Of a DNA stretch of 48,124 bases, positions 16,146 to 25,952 are shown in pieces. Each line of letters opens with the position of its first letter. Position 1 is the first letter of the stretch. The stretch is from positions 1 to 48,124 of the IMG/VR virus record IMGVR_UViG_3300032373_001152; one strand, 5' to 3'. The DNA is from a virus (taxonomy: Duplodnaviria > Caudoviricetes). Position numbers and translations under genes: made by a program. Below the pieces are notes generated by a model. It ran no database searches. It saw only the letters and a list, made by a program, of their open reading frames with translations, and had not been told where the DNA came from.

Positions 16146-16633
16146 CAGGCGGGTATCCTTTCGCTCTGGGCGAGCCAGGCCTGGTCAAATTTGAAGTCGA
16201 CGCCGCCACCGGCCGGGCGCTCAATCGAAACGGCGAGGGTAAGGATGCCGGGCCTGCCGATCGATGTCGTGACACGAACCGCCTCGGCGATGCCATCATC
16301 AATCAACCAGGCGAGTGCCTCTTCGGCGTAGTCCTGGGCGCGGGTAAGAACCTCGGGCACTTGCTTTTCTCGCGCCAGCAGCCACAGGCGCGATCCGATG
16401 CGATCATCCAATACCGGCGCACCATCGACGATGGGCGGCGCCAGATCGCCCCACCAGCCCCGCCTAGAACCGCCATCGTCCGGCAACACGTCATCGCGAT
16501 TCGCGCGGCGGTCGGTGAACAACGATAGGATGACGGCGGTCTCAAGCCCGTCGTCTTGAGCGAGCAGGCTACCCTCAAGGGCCAGATCGGCGGCCATGAT
16601 GCCGGGGTTGTAAAGAGCGCGGATATCGGTCAT
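16145..16633 (-). CDS. Baseplate protein, Mu gp46-like
   Basis: LETAVILSLFTDRRA, RGWWGD, GSRLWLLAREK. Confidence 0.92.
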   Translation of the reverse strand: MTDIRALYNPGIMAADLALEGSLLAQDDGLETAVILSLFTDRRANRDDVLPDDGGSRRGWWGDLAPPIVDGAPVLDDRIGSRLWLLAREKQVPEVLTRAQDYAEEALAWLIDDGIAEAVRVTTSIGRPGILTLAVSIERPAGGGVDFKFDQAWLAQSERIPA

Positions 16634-17232
16634 ATCACCTCCGGATGGCCACTTGGCAGATGCGGCTGGCTGAGGCCGTGTTCGGTCGCGGCGCCGGTCG
16701 CCCCGGTGGTGTAACTGTCGGTATCGTAATTGACGCCGCCGGCCCAGGTCTCGCGGCTGCCCTTGCCATGAACGCCGCTTTGAACGTAGGTGGCGCCGCT
16801 GATTTCAACGCCGTCGCCTTCGATGCGAACGACACCTGCGGATTTCAGATAGATGTTGCCGCCTTCCAGATGCAGGCCGGATCGTTTGATGTGAACGGTC
16901 TGGCCCTGATCGTCATAGAGTGCGACTTCGCCTTCAACCAGGGCCTTCAAACGATAGCGCCTGTCATCGATGGCGATGATGACCGAGTGATTGCGGTTGC
17001 CGCCAAGCGCCAGCAGGATCGCTTCTGCGCCTGGGTGCGGATGACTGGTGAAACCATAATCCTGGAAACGCTCGACACCGTCGTGGACTTCTCCGGCCAG
17101 CGCCGTGACCTGCACTTCCTGGAGTTTTTTGCCATCGTCGACGGCGCTCAATACGGCGCGTCCGATCATCAACAAAACCCGGCGACGAAGCGGCGCGGTC
17201 AGCTTGCCGACTATTCTGGCGATATCTACCAT
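16630..17232 (-). CDS. Baseplate spike protein (Mu gp45/gpV-like)
   Basis: ERFQDYGFTSHP, DDRRYR, GEVALYDDQG. Confidence 0.9.
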   Translation of the reverse strand: MVDIARIVGKLTAPLRRRVLLMIGRAVLSAVDDGKKLQEVQVTALAGEVHDGVERFQDYGFTSHPHPGAEAILLALGGNRNHSVIIAIDDRRYRLKALVEGEVALYDDQGQTVHIKRSGLHLEGGNIYLKSAGVVRIEGDGVEISGATYVQSGVHGKGSRETWAGGVNYDTDSYTTGATGAATEHGLSQPHLPSGHPEVI

Positions 17233-18281
17233 CCGGCGTCGACCTCATCGTCCTGAGCCAGCGCGATCAGTTCGAACGCCTTGGCCGGCGCCAGCGTCAG
17301 TTCGGTGCGGCTGCCCGCTTGATCCAGAGTAAAGGCGACGGCGCTGATCAGCATATCGGTGGCGAGCCCCAGTTCCGGGATATCGACGGCGACGGTTGCC
17401 GGCGGCTGCCAAAGCGCGCCGCCCGGCCGACGCCATCCTTGAACGGTGACATTCGCCTTGCGGCCGCGGGCGCGTCGAACGCTGGCCTCCCACCGGGCGC
17501 GGTCCTTAAACGCCGCTGCGTCGCCTTGATCCTCGGCCAGAACGGTCAGCGGCCGGTAGCGACCGACGCCGGGATCGACGGCTTGGGCGACCGGTTCGGC
17601 GTTATCTTCAGGGCTGGTCAGATCGCCGCCCTGGGACTGGCCCTTGACCGTGATTTTGGAAAAACGATCCTTCATGGATGCGCCGCCGCCGCCGGCCAGG
17701 ATATTGCCGTCCGGCCCGGTCTTGAGGATATCGGAAATACGCGGTGCGTTTTCGGCGCGAACAAGATGAACGCCGCCGCGCCCGTCGGATATCGGCAACA
17801 CGGCCCGCATGCGACAGGCCCGCTCGATGGCTTCAAAAACCGTCTCGCCCTCGTTCAAAGCGAACGATGCGAACGGCTTGCCGACATCGGTGTCGGCGCT
17901 GACTGTCATACCGAACGGCTCGCACAGGATCTCGCAAATTCGGGTCAGCGTCTGGTCCTTCCATTCTCCGCCACTGTTTTCGGCGGAACAGTCGACCAGG
18001 TCGCCGGTGGCGTCGCGACCACTGGCGCGGACGCTATGCCGCCCATCGCCAAAACTTGGCCTCGCGTCATCGATGTGGCCGGTGATGACGATATCCTGAC
18101 CGATCAGCACCTGGCATGGTTCACCGGCGCGAATCGGTCGCGCCGTTGTTTGCCCCGGCCAGCGGTCGGTCAGGGTGAGGTCGAAAACGCCGGCAATGGT
18201 CTCGATCGACCGGCTGATCGAAACCGCCGTCCAGCCGTCGTAAACCTGATCTGCAATCTGAAGGGTGACCGGTTCAGACAT
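17226..18281 (-). CDS. Baseplate hub protein (Mu gp44/P)
   Basis: YDGWTAVSISRSIE, GRDATGDLVDCS, VTVQGWR; start 18281 overlaps the upstream gene end. Confidence 0.9.
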   Translation of the reverse strand: MSEPVTLQIADQVYDGWTAVSISRSIETIAGVFDLTLTDRWPGQTTARPIRAGEPCQVLIGQDIVITGHIDDARPSFGDGRHSVRASGRDATGDLVDCSAENSGGEWKDQTLTRICEILCEPFGMTVSADTDVGKPFASFALNEGETVFEAIERACRMRAVLPISDGRGGVHLVRAENAPRISDILKTGPDGNILAGGGGASMKDRFSKITVKGQSQGGDLTSPEDNAEPVAQAVDPGVGRYRPLTVLAEDQGDAAAFKDRARWEASVRRARGRKANVTVQGWRRPGGALWQPPATVAVDIPELGLATDMLISAVAFTLDQAGSRTELTLAPAKAFELIALAQDDEVDAGW

Positions 18282-19476
18282 GCGACAGCACCTCCAGCGT
18301 CTCGCCGCCCGGCGCAAAGCCAAGATGGCGCATGCCGTTGCGCCTGGCGATTTCTTCGGCGCGCCAGGTGACCGCCGTGGGATCGTCGCCATACAAATCC
18401 TGGGCGATGGCCAGCGCCGGTCGGGTGGTGGTGGCGACATAACGGATCACCCGGGGCAGCGCCGGAGCGGTCATCGACACATGCCGGACCAGCGCCGCGC
18501 CCAGGTCGGCAAAGGCGCGATAGATTGAATCGGTTGCCGAAGACACTTGACCGTCGATCAGATCGGTCAACCGGTCACGGGTATCGGTGGCCTCGCCGCG
18601 CGTCGCGAAGGATTGTCCGGCCGCGGCGCGGACTTGCTCGATGATGCCGGCACGTCGGACCAGATCGACAAGCGCCGACTGGTTGGCGCCCTGGGCGCGC
18701 CGGGAAGGCGTCGTCGTCGGCACGGCGGCAAGAGCGCCGCCAAAGCCTGTCAACGGCGAAAAAACGGTGTTTATGGGTCCGGCCTTGACGGTCGCCGGGT
18801 ATCCGGCCAGATCGGCTATGCGGGTGGCCAGCGTTTTCGGATCACGAACCAGCGTCGCGGCTTCGGCCTTCAGGGCGGCGACATCGCGCATAAAGGCGGC
18901 GCTGTTCTTGCCCGCCTGAATGGCTCCCTTGATCGACGCCGACATATCGTCCGCCGCAAGGCCGGTCACCGTGGCGGCTTCATCGCCGACGAAACCGGGC
19001 AGGCCGTTGACGTTAAAGACCCCTTCAAAGTCATTTTTAACGGCTATTGAAGCGGCATCGGCGGCAAGGTTGACGGTGGCGGCCGTATTGGCCTGGGCGG
19101 TCGGGTAACGATTGTTTCCGGACTCAACGAAGGTCAGTTGAAAGCTGGCCATGCCGCCGTCGCGGGTCGTGAAATGCTGGCGGCTGGCGGTGCAGACAAC
19201 CTGCATTTCGCCGAGGTATGGATGCACCAAAGTCCCGGCGCCGGGCTTCTCGCAGGCCTCGACCAGGCGGGCGGCCTGGCCCAGGTGATCGGGCTCCAGC
19301 ACGTAAGCCTGTAAATTGTGTTCGCGCGCCTTGCGACCCATATCCTCGATGAATGGGATATCCCGGCCGGGGTATTCATGGCGGGCAAGACGGCGACCGA
19401 AATCACTGTCCGCCTCGGCATAATGAAACGCCACTCCCCTGAAGGATGCTTTGCGAAGGTTGTCACGCCAGGCCAT
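18274..19476 (-). CDS. DNA circularisation protein (Mu gpN-like)
   Basis: WRDNLRKASFRGVAF, HEYPGRD..IEDMGR, GTLVHPYLG. Confidence 0.92.
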   Translation of the reverse strand: MAWRDNLRKASFRGVAFHYAEADSDFGRRLARHEYPGRDIPFIEDMGRKAREHNLQAYVLEPDHLGQAARLVEACEKPGAGTLVHPYLGEMQVVCTASRQHFTTRDGGMASFQLTFVESGNNRYPTAQANTAATVNLAADAASIAVKNDFEGVFNVNGLPGFVGDEAATVTGLAADDMSASIKGAIQAGKNSAAFMRDVAALKAEAATLVRDPKTLATRIADLAGYPATVKAGPINTVFSPLTGFGGALAAVPTTTPSRRAQGANQSALVDLVRRAGIIEQVRAAAGQSFATRGEATDTRDRLTDLIDGQVSSATDSIYRAFADLGAALVRHVSMTAPALPRVIRYVATTTRPALAIAQDLYGDDPTAVTWRAEEIARRNGMRHLGFAPGGETLEVLSHV

Positions 19477-19521
19477 TCAAACTACCCTTCGGTCAGGGCT
19501 AACAAAGCGATGGAGACAAGG

Positions 19522-19908
19522 ATGTTTCGAGCACTGATATTGGCGACGCTGTTGACCGTTTCTGTGGCCCATGCCGCCACAAAGTCCAGGGCTGAAGACG
19601 CTGTCCACAAGATCAAAGACGCCGTTCAGAAATTTACGCCGATTTCGGTCAATCAACCGGTGATCATCACGATGAAGCAAAAAAGAATTACGCCGCTGAT
19701 TTACCGGAGCGTGATTCTGTCCGGCCTGTGTTTTCGATATCTGTCCGATCCGACGATTTTGGACGGCATTAAAGAGGTCGCCGTCGTCAACAGTTCCAAT
19801 GAGCAGGGGTATGTTTACGAACCAGCCGAGATTTCTTGCTCCGATCTCAACGCGATGCCGATAACCAAGGCGGCGCTCATGTTGTTGGGGGCGACACATG
19901 CATTTTGA
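19522..19908 (+). CDS. Putative exported protein (antisense moron within the tail operon)
   Basis: GGAG RBS; signal-peptide-like MFRALILATLLTVSVAHA; two Cys; fills the gap between TMP and gpN. Confidence 0.65.
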   Translation: MFRALILATLLTVSVAHAATKSRAEDAVHKIKDAVQKFTPISVNQPVIITMKQKRITPLIYRSVILSGLCFRYLSDPTILDGIKEVAVVNSSNEQGYVYEPAEISCSDLNAMPITKAALMLLGATHAF

Positions 19909-19910
19909 CA

Positions 19911-21695
19911 TCAATGGCCTACCATCGCCATGCCGGCGTCAACATTCATACTGACGTCCTTGCTTGATGTCTTGAGGTCGCGCAGCCGTGGTCGACCTTC
20001 GCTGTCAATTTTCAAATTAACATCGACCGTATTTCTGGTATGGCTGGTCGTTCCTGCATAAGCGCTGCCGACGGCTAGCCGTGCGCCCGGTTTCGCGGGC
20101 CCAGGCGTATCGAGTCCGAACAGTCCGCGCATTGAATCCGGAAGCCAACCGGTCATCGCCTTGACGGCACTCCTGATGCGAGTTACCGCATCATCGAAGC
20201 CGCCGACAATGCCACCCCAAAGATCGGCGAAGAACGCCTTGATCGGCTCCCAGTTTTTATAGATCAGGTAGGCCGCACCGGCGATGGCTGTGATTCCGGC
20301 AATAATCCAGCCGACCGGTGTTGTCAGAAGGGCTATTCCCAACGCCCTGACGGCAAAAATGACCGACGTGAAACCACCCGACATCGCCAGCAACCCGGCC
20401 TTCAGAACTGCGGCGCCAATAACGATCCCCTTAACGGCAAAACCAAGAGCGCCGATAGCAAGGACAAGCGGAGCGATAGCGGCGACCGTCAGTGCGATGA
20501 TGGTTCCCCATTTAAGCAGTTCACCGTTCGCCTTACTGAGACCTGAAATCCAACCGGTAAGTTTTTCAACGATGGTTGTGAACCAACTCAACAGACCCGA
20601 ATCGGCTATCGCTAATTGCAATCCTTCGAAAGCGGACACCATTTTCCGGATCTCGCCGGTGGCGCCATTCATCTGGGCATCGGCAACGCGCTTGGCGGTA
20701 CCACCAGCCCCCTCCAATTGTTTTGTCATATTCGACAGTGCATCGGCACCCTGCGTAACCAACGCCTGCATGGCAGGACCGGCGCGATCACCGAAAATTA
20801 GCAACATGTCATCAGCGCCGGCACCTGCGTCGCCCAGCTTCCGAATGATATTCGTGAAAGATTTCAACTGGCCTTCCTGATCAAACAGATCAGATTTCTT
20901 GATGCCCAGATGCTGCAAGGCTTTCTTCGCATCCTTGGCCGGGTTAGCCAGTTTCGAGAGCGCCCCGCGTAGCGCGGTCCCGGCCATTGACCCCTGGATC
21001 CCAGCGTTACCCATTAAGCCGATGGCGGCCGCCGTCTCTTCAATTTGTATACCGAAGCCGGATGCAACCGGACCGGCGTATTTCATGGCAATGCCGAGTT
21101 GTGATAGGTCGGTGTTGGCTGAGGTGAACGATTTGACTAGCACATCGTTGACACGGCCGATTTCGTCGGCTGTCATGTTGTAACCGGTCAGCACGTTGGA
21201 AACGATGTCGGCGGCTTGCGCCAGGTCCATTTGTGCAGCAGCCGCCAGTTGCAGGGTACCGGGCATTGATGACATGACCTTTTCGGCGTCGAACCCGGCC
21301 ATGGCTAGAAATCCCATGGCGTCAGCTGCCTGCGACGCTGAGAACTGTGTCGTAGCCCCCAGTGATTTTGCCTGACCTTCCAGATGCTTTAATTGATCGC
21401 CTGTGGCGGCGGTCAATACGCCGACACGGTTCATTCCCATTTCAAATTTAGCGGCTGTCCTGATCGTTAATGCACCGAAACCGAGGAGCGGCGCGGTCAC
21501 CTTCAACGCCATGTTGCGCCCGACGTCTTGCAACTTCCTGGACGCCTTGCCCATCCGCTCCATGGATTGAGAGGTCCGCCTGGCGGCGTCTCGCATACCC
21601 TTGGTGGTCGTCGCGAACCCTCGACCGACGCGGCGCAGCGGACCGGTCATCCGGTCGACGGCCTTCAGGATCAAGCTAAGTCGCAAGTCGCTCAT
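19911..21695 (-). CDS. Tail tape measure protein (TP901-like core)
   Basis: LGATTQFSASQAADAM..LAMAGF, GIQGSMAGTAL; hydrophobic C-terminal segments. Confidence 0.92.
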   Translation of the reverse strand: MSDLRLSLILKAVDRMTGPLRRVGRGFATTTKGMRDAARRTSQSMERMGKASRKLQDVGRNMALKVTAPLLGFGALTIRTAAKFEMGMNRVGVLTAATGDQLKHLEGQAKSLGATTQFSASQAADAMGFLAMAGFDAEKVMSSMPGTLQLAAAAQMDLAQAADIVSNVLTGYNMTADEIGRVNDVLVKSFTSANTDLSQLGIAMKYAGPVASGFGIQIEETAAAIGLMGNAGIQGSMAGTALRGALSKLANPAKDAKKALQHLGIKKSDLFDQEGQLKSFTNIIRKLGDAGAGADDMLLIFGDRAGPAMQALVTQGADALSNMTKQLEGAGGTAKRVADAQMNGATGEIRKMVSAFEGLQLAIADSGLLSWFTTIVEKLTGWISGLSKANGELLKWGTIIALTVAAIAPLVLAIGALGFAVKGIVIGAAVLKAGLLAMSGGFTSVIFAVRALGIALLTTPVGWIIAGITAIAGAAYLIYKNWEPIKAFFADLWGGIVGGFDDAVTRIRSAVKAMTGWLPDSMRGLFGLDTPGPAKPGARLAVGSAYAGTTSHTRNTVDVNLKIDSEGRPRLRDLKTSSKDVSMNVDAGMAMVGH

Positions 21696-21834
21696 TGATT
21701 TTTCCTAACTCACGATGCCAGAACAACAACTCTTCGATATCAAGACCCCAGACTTCTTCCAGTCCGAAGCCGTAGCCATGCGCTACCTCGGCTAGGACGA
21801 GTCGCCAATCGCCGGGGACGGTCCAAAAAAACCC
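21676..21834 (-). other. -1 frameshift extension of the tail assembly chaperone
   Basis: Slippery G GGT TTT at 21834-21828; -1 frame reads WTVPGDWRLVLAEVAHGYGFGLEEVWGLDIEELLFWHRELGKINERLAT*. Confidence 0.75.
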
Positions 21835-22061
21835 CCGATCACCTCGCTGACAGCCTCAATGTCCTCGCCATCGATGTCTTCGGTGGATGACGGCGGAATG
21901 TCCGCGAGGCGGGAGATCAACTCGATGATGCTGTCACCGGTCATTTGATCCAGGTTGATACCCCTGAGATGTTTCAGCTTCGGGCGACGCAGGGTCAGTT
22001 CAGTAATGTTTATGCCTTCGACCTGGATGGCGTGCTTCAGCTTGATGACTGTTCCCGACAT
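21792..22061 (-). CDS. Tail assembly chaperone (Mu gp41-like)
   Basis: ELTLRRPKLKHL; lies between tube and TMP; ends GGFF over the slippery site. Confidence 0.88.
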   Translation of the reverse strand: MSGTVIKLKHAIQVEGINITELTLRRPKLKHLRGINLDQMTGDSIIELISRLADIPPSSTEDIDGEDIEAVSEVIGGFFGPSPAIGDSS

Positions 22062-22430
22062 CTACTTCGTCTCCTCGCATCTGAGGCCTTCGAAGCGGAC
22101 CTGAATGTTGGCGTCATCGGTACCGACATCGCCGTCGGCGGCGTACCAGCCGTCGCTCAAGACCACGACCTTGCCGTTGGCCAGTTCGAGCGTCACGGTG
22201 ACGCCGTCAAGTTCTGTCAGCTTGCCCAGATCGAGGTCGGAACTGTCGGTGATTTCACCTTCGATGAACGGTATCTTCGGCGTTGACTTATAGCCGTGGA
22301 TACCGTCGGCGCCGACGATGCCTTCGCGTTTCTCGCCGCCGAGGTTGTAGGTGAAGCTACCCTTGGCGCTGTACTGAACGCCGTCGATCTTGAGGTAGAC
22401 CTTACCGGCGCGACGATTTGGATTAGCCAT
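22062..22430 (-). CDS. Tail tube protein (Mu gpM)
   Basis: RAGKVYLKIDG, GIHGYK.TPKIPFIEG, ELANGK. Confidence 0.9.
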   Translation of the reverse strand: MANPNRRAGKVYLKIDGVQYSAKGSFTYNLGGEKREGIVGADGIHGYKSTPKIPFIEGEITDSSDLDLGKLTELDGVTVTLELANGKVVVLSDGWYAADGDVGTDDANIQVRFEGLRCEETK

Positions 22431-22445
22431 CTTGTACTCCTAAAA

Positions 22446-23918
22446 TTAAAGCCTGAATTCGACCTGGCCGGCGAAGACGCGGAACTGGTTGATGATGTCG
22501 GGCGGTATCAGCGCGTTGATGCGGTTGACGTCGGTTGCGTCACGCTCGACGATCAGGTCGGTCTTGAACTGGTCGATGTTTTCGGCAAGTCCCGCTTCTT
22601 CCCACTGCCTGAACAGCGCCACCAATTCGGCGCGGATGATCTTCGGCGTCACGACTTTCTGCCCGGCGCCGAACTGGGTGCCATCGTTAGCCAGTTTGAA
22701 GCGCGGGAACTTCAGCAGGATCCGCGCCCGCACCGAATAGCGCAGGTACGCCAGCGTCTTCATCGTGTTGAGGTCGAGGTAACTGGGATCGGCGATGCCG
22801 TTGACGTTGGTCTCGTAGGTTGTGATAACCCGCTCGATCAGCACCGAACCGCCATCGTCGACCTTCCAGGTGGCGATCGCGTCGAACAGCAACAGATTGC
22901 GTTCGCTCATGGTGAAGCGATCTTCGACCTTCGGCGGCAAGACACCGGCCAGCGGTAACGTCTGCAGCGGCCGGGCCGGGTCGATCTTGGTGTTGTAGGC
23001 GCAAACGCCGCAGAGTGCTGCGGCCCATTCTTCAGGCGGCGTCGGGCTCGCCTTGGCACCGATGATGCTCAGGTGCGGGCTGTTGCGGGAATTGCCAAGC
23101 GTCGTCAGAACCGCGTGGGTGCCCGACGCTCCCGCATAGGCGTGGCCGTCCTGCATGACCAGCGGGCCGAAGCGACTGGCCAATTCAGTTTCAAGCGCCA
23201 CCAGGTTGGCGGCGTCGGTGTATGGCATGGCGATATCGGTGTACCATTCGGCGGCGATGACCGCGATGGCGCCGGCGATATCGGGATTGCCGGTCCCGGC
23301 GGCCATGGCGGTGATAGCGGCGGTCAGACCGGCCGGCAGGGTTTCGCCGGGGTAGAAGTCGACCCGGACGTCGATGCCGTTGCCACTCTCGCCTTTGTGC
23401 CGGGCCGTGATATCGACCTGCTCCGGGGTGACGCCGTTGACGACGGCGGTGATCGCCAGATCGGTCTTGGCGGTGATCGCGGCTGCGACGTTGGTGGCGA
23501 CAACCGCCGGTGTGTCCGTGGCGCCGACACCGACGCGCAAACGCTGGCCGCCAATATACAGATTGATTGTTCCGGCCGCCGTGACGGCGCCGCCAAACAG
23601 AATCGTGCCCGTGGCCTGAACGCCGGCGACCAGGTCATCGAGCGCGATGGCCCAGGTCTCGGTCCAGCTGTTGTTCTTCTTCAACGACCGGAACATTCTG
23701 TGCAGCATCGAGCCGCGACCGAAATAGGTTTCAGCCGCCGCTTCGTTCAGCACGCGGATCGGCGTCGCGGCGGCAACGGTGCCGGTCGCCAGTCGCTGGC
23801 CGACAACGAGAATTTTCACCGGCATGCCGGGCAGGCCGCGAAGGGCTCCGGTATTGACGATTTCTATCGCGGCGCCGGGAACGCGCAGATCGACGGGAAC
23901 GGCATCAAATGAAATCAT
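22446..23918 (-). CDS. Tail sheath protein (Mu gpL)
   Basis: FGRGSMLHRM, ARHKGESGN, DPARPLQTL, ERNLLL, IERVITTY. Confidence 0.95.
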   Translation of the reverse strand: MISFDAVPVDLRVPGAAIEIVNTGALRGLPGMPVKILVVGQRLATGTVAAATPIRVLNEAAAETYFGRGSMLHRMFRSLKKNNSWTETWAIALDDLVAGVQATGTILFGGAVTAAGTINLYIGGQRLRVGVGATDTPAVVATNVAAAITAKTDLAITAVVNGVTPEQVDITARHKGESGNGIDVRVDFYPGETLPAGLTAAITAMAAGTGNPDIAGAIAVIAAEWYTDIAMPYTDAANLVALETELASRFGPLVMQDGHAYAGASGTHAVLTTLGNSRNSPHLSIIGAKASPTPPEEWAAALCGVCAYNTKIDPARPLQTLPLAGVLPPKVEDRFTMSERNLLLFDAIATWKVDDGGSVLIERVITTYETNVNGIADPSYLDLNTMKTLAYLRYSVRARILLKFPRFKLANDGTQFGAGQKVVTPKIIRAELVALFRQWEEAGLAENIDQFKTDLIVERDATDVNRINALIPPDIINQFRVFAGQVEFRL

Positions 23919-23924
23919 GGTCTG

Positions 23925-24107
23925 TTAGTCCTTTTTCTTGATGGGTGCGGGCCGCTTGGCGATTGAGACATCGCCATCGTTGATGCGGCGGCGCCAGTAC
24001 GGTGTATCGGGTACGTCGCACCCGTCGACCGGCAAGGCCCGGCGGTTGTCGGGATCGCGGACAATCAGGCCGGGATCGGTCGGTTTCAGATAGAGAGTCT
24101 TGCTCAT
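23925..24107 (-). CDS. Mu gp38-like protein (DUF2635)
   Basis: VRDP...YWRRRINDGDV. Confidence 0.85.
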   Translation of the reverse strand: MSKTLYLKPTDPGLIVRDPDNRRALPVDGCDVPDTPYWRRRINDGDVSIAKRPAPIKKKD

Positions 24108-24109
24108 GA

Positions 24110-24694
24110 TTATTGCTCCGGTTTGATTTCGTCTTCGGCGTCGTTCTCAGCGGCCGGCAGGGGCGCTGTGACGTTGCCCAGCGGCGGAATATCCCAATCG
24201 CTATGGAAGGTGGCGAAACCATCGACGACGATGTCGAACGTGGCCTCGCTGACATAACGGGTGTGAAACTCCTGGGCGTAGATCGAGGCGTTGGTGATGT
24301 TGGTCAACGCGCGAACGACGCCCGGTTGCAGCGGTTCGATGTCGAGACCCAGGCTGTGGCCGGCGATCAGGGCGCGGACGTCTTCGAGCAGCTGATAAGA
24401 ACCCACCTTACCGGCGGCGCCGCGGCGGGATGATTCCTCGTTGCGCCGGTTTGACACACCGACGATGACGGAGAAGGTCGGCCTGTGATCCCAGGCTCCG
24501 TCGCCGATGTTTTCCGGTTTCGGTTCGCCCTTGAAAACGATCCAGACGGCCGGAAAATTCTTGATGACCGTTCTGATCTCGTGATCCAGCTCGTTGCCAT
24601 AGCTTGCGACCTTCTTCAGTCGATAGCCGAGGACGCCGGTGCTGTCGGCCAGCGAAATCCGATCGACAATGGCCTGTTCGATAGCGCCGATCAT
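24110..24694 (-). CDS. Mu gp37-like neck/tail terminator protein
   Basis: IGAIEQAIVDRI, VASYGNE, PAVWIVF, GSYQLL. Confidence 0.8.
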   Translation of the reverse strand: MIGAIEQAIVDRISLADSTGVLGYRLKKVASYGNELDHEIRTVIKNFPAVWIVFKGEPKPENIGDGAWDHRPTFSVIVGVSNRRNEESSRRGAAGKVGSYQLLEDVRALIAGHSLGLDIEPLQPGVVRALTNITNASIYAQEFHTRYVSEATFDIVVDGFATFHSDWDIPPLGNVTAPLPAAENDAEDEIKPEQ

Positions 24695-25146
24695 GGCCGG
24701 CCCCCATCGAACGGTTCGGCCATATAGACTTGCGCGGCGTACAGTATTTCGGTCTCCGCGCCGGGGCTGATACCAAGGTATGGCCGTGCCGGCATAGTGA
24801 CCGAATGATTACGCCCGGTCTTGCCGCCGGCCTGGTGAATGCCGGCGTAAATCAGATTGGTGCCGATCGCGACCTGGTCGGAACTCGGATCGTGGGTGAT
24901 CGAGGTCATCAGGCGGGTGCTGTCGAGCAGGGTCTTGCCGCCTTTGCCGCTCGCCCGTTTCGACGGCTTCCACGGCGTACCATCCGGAGCGGTGCCGCCC
25001 TCGAAATTATGCTGCACGTCGGCAACGACAATGCCGCCGATCTCATCCATCAATGCCGTCAAGTCGTGGGCTCGTTCTTTTGCTTTCAAAAGCGCGCGCC
25101 TGACAAATGCGTCATTGATGCCGATGGTCATGACAATGCCGGTCAT
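24691..25146 (-). CDS. Virion morphogenesis protein (Mu gpG-like)
   Basis: PDGTPWKPS, GTNLIYAGIHQAGG, MPARPYLG. Confidence 0.88.
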   Translation of the reverse strand: MTGIVMTIGINDAFVRRALLKAKERAHDLTALMDEIGGIVVADVQHNFEGGTAPDGTPWKPSKRASGKGGKTLLDSTRLMTSITHDPSSDQVAIGTNLIYAGIHQAGGKTGRNHSVTMPARPYLGISPGAETEILYAAQVYMAEPFDGGRP

Positions 25147-25147
25147 C

Positions 25148-25573
25148 TCAGAACCCCTGCATCGTCGATTTGTTGAAGGTCTGGGCCGGGCTATTGAGCT
25201 CCGGCGCGCCGGTGGTGTCTCCGACCGGTTCCTGGCCGCCGACGTCGAGTTCGGCGATGCCGCGTGAGACGTCGCGCAGGAACGCCATCGCGCCTTTGTA
25301 GGTTTCGGTGACCTCGTCTATCGGTTGGTCCTTGAACAAATTCTTGCGCGCAATGTCGCAAGCGACCTTGATCAGGCGGGCCGGGATCGCCACCAGCGGC
25401 AATTTGTAACGGACCGAAACGTAGCCGTCGATTTCGGCGTCGGCATCGCTCAGCGCCTGGCCAACGACGGTGGCGTCAATCACACCGGTCGGCGGATCGG
25501 CGCGGTCGCTGAGCTCGATGAGCTCCGTCGAACCGAAGCGGTCGATCATGTTTTGTTGGGTAGCGTAACTCAC
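25148..25573 (-). CDS. Mu gp36-like head-tail adaptor (DUF1320)
   Basis: MSYATQQ, DADAEIDGY..RYKLPL, CDIAR. Confidence 0.9.
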   Translation of the reverse strand: MSYATQQNMIDRFGSTELIELSDRADPPTGVIDATVVGQALSDADAEIDGYVSVRYKLPLVAIPARLIKVACDIARKNLFKDQPIDEVTETYKGAMAFLRDVSRGIAELDVGGQEPVGDTTGAPELNSPAQTFNKSTMQGF

Positions 25574-25699
25574 GCGGCGAATCCTTGAATAGCGGGGCCT
25601 CTGAAGGCGGCGGGAACGGTACCGCCTTCAGAGGACTTCAGCGGGGTGCCTTAATGGGAAGAGATCACCGTCCCGATCCAATCCCGGCTTCCGGGGGTA

Positions 25700-25912
25700 T
25701 TATTTCTTGTCGCTCTCGCCCTTATCGGCGGGTTTTTCCTTGACGTCCTTCACATCGACTTCGTCGATGATCAGGTTGGGTTCGTCTTTGAGCGCCTTGA
25801 TCTCGGCTTCGCTGAAACGATCGAGGTCATAGTGGGTTGCCTCGGCCGGATGGGCGATGCCACAACGGCGGAAGCCGTCGGTCTTGGAAATGATGCGGAG
25901 TTTTTTAGCCAT
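25700..25912 (-). CDS. HI1506-like Mu-prophage small protein
   Basis: GFRRCGIAH...LKDEPNL. Confidence 0.75.
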   Translation of the reverse strand: MAKKLRIISKTDGFRRCGIAHPAEATHYDLDRFSEAEIKALKDEPNLIIDEVDVKDVKEKPADKGESDKK

Positions 25913-25952
25913 GGTTCAGTTTTTCCTGTTCAGCTTGGGGGTTAGGCCGGGA

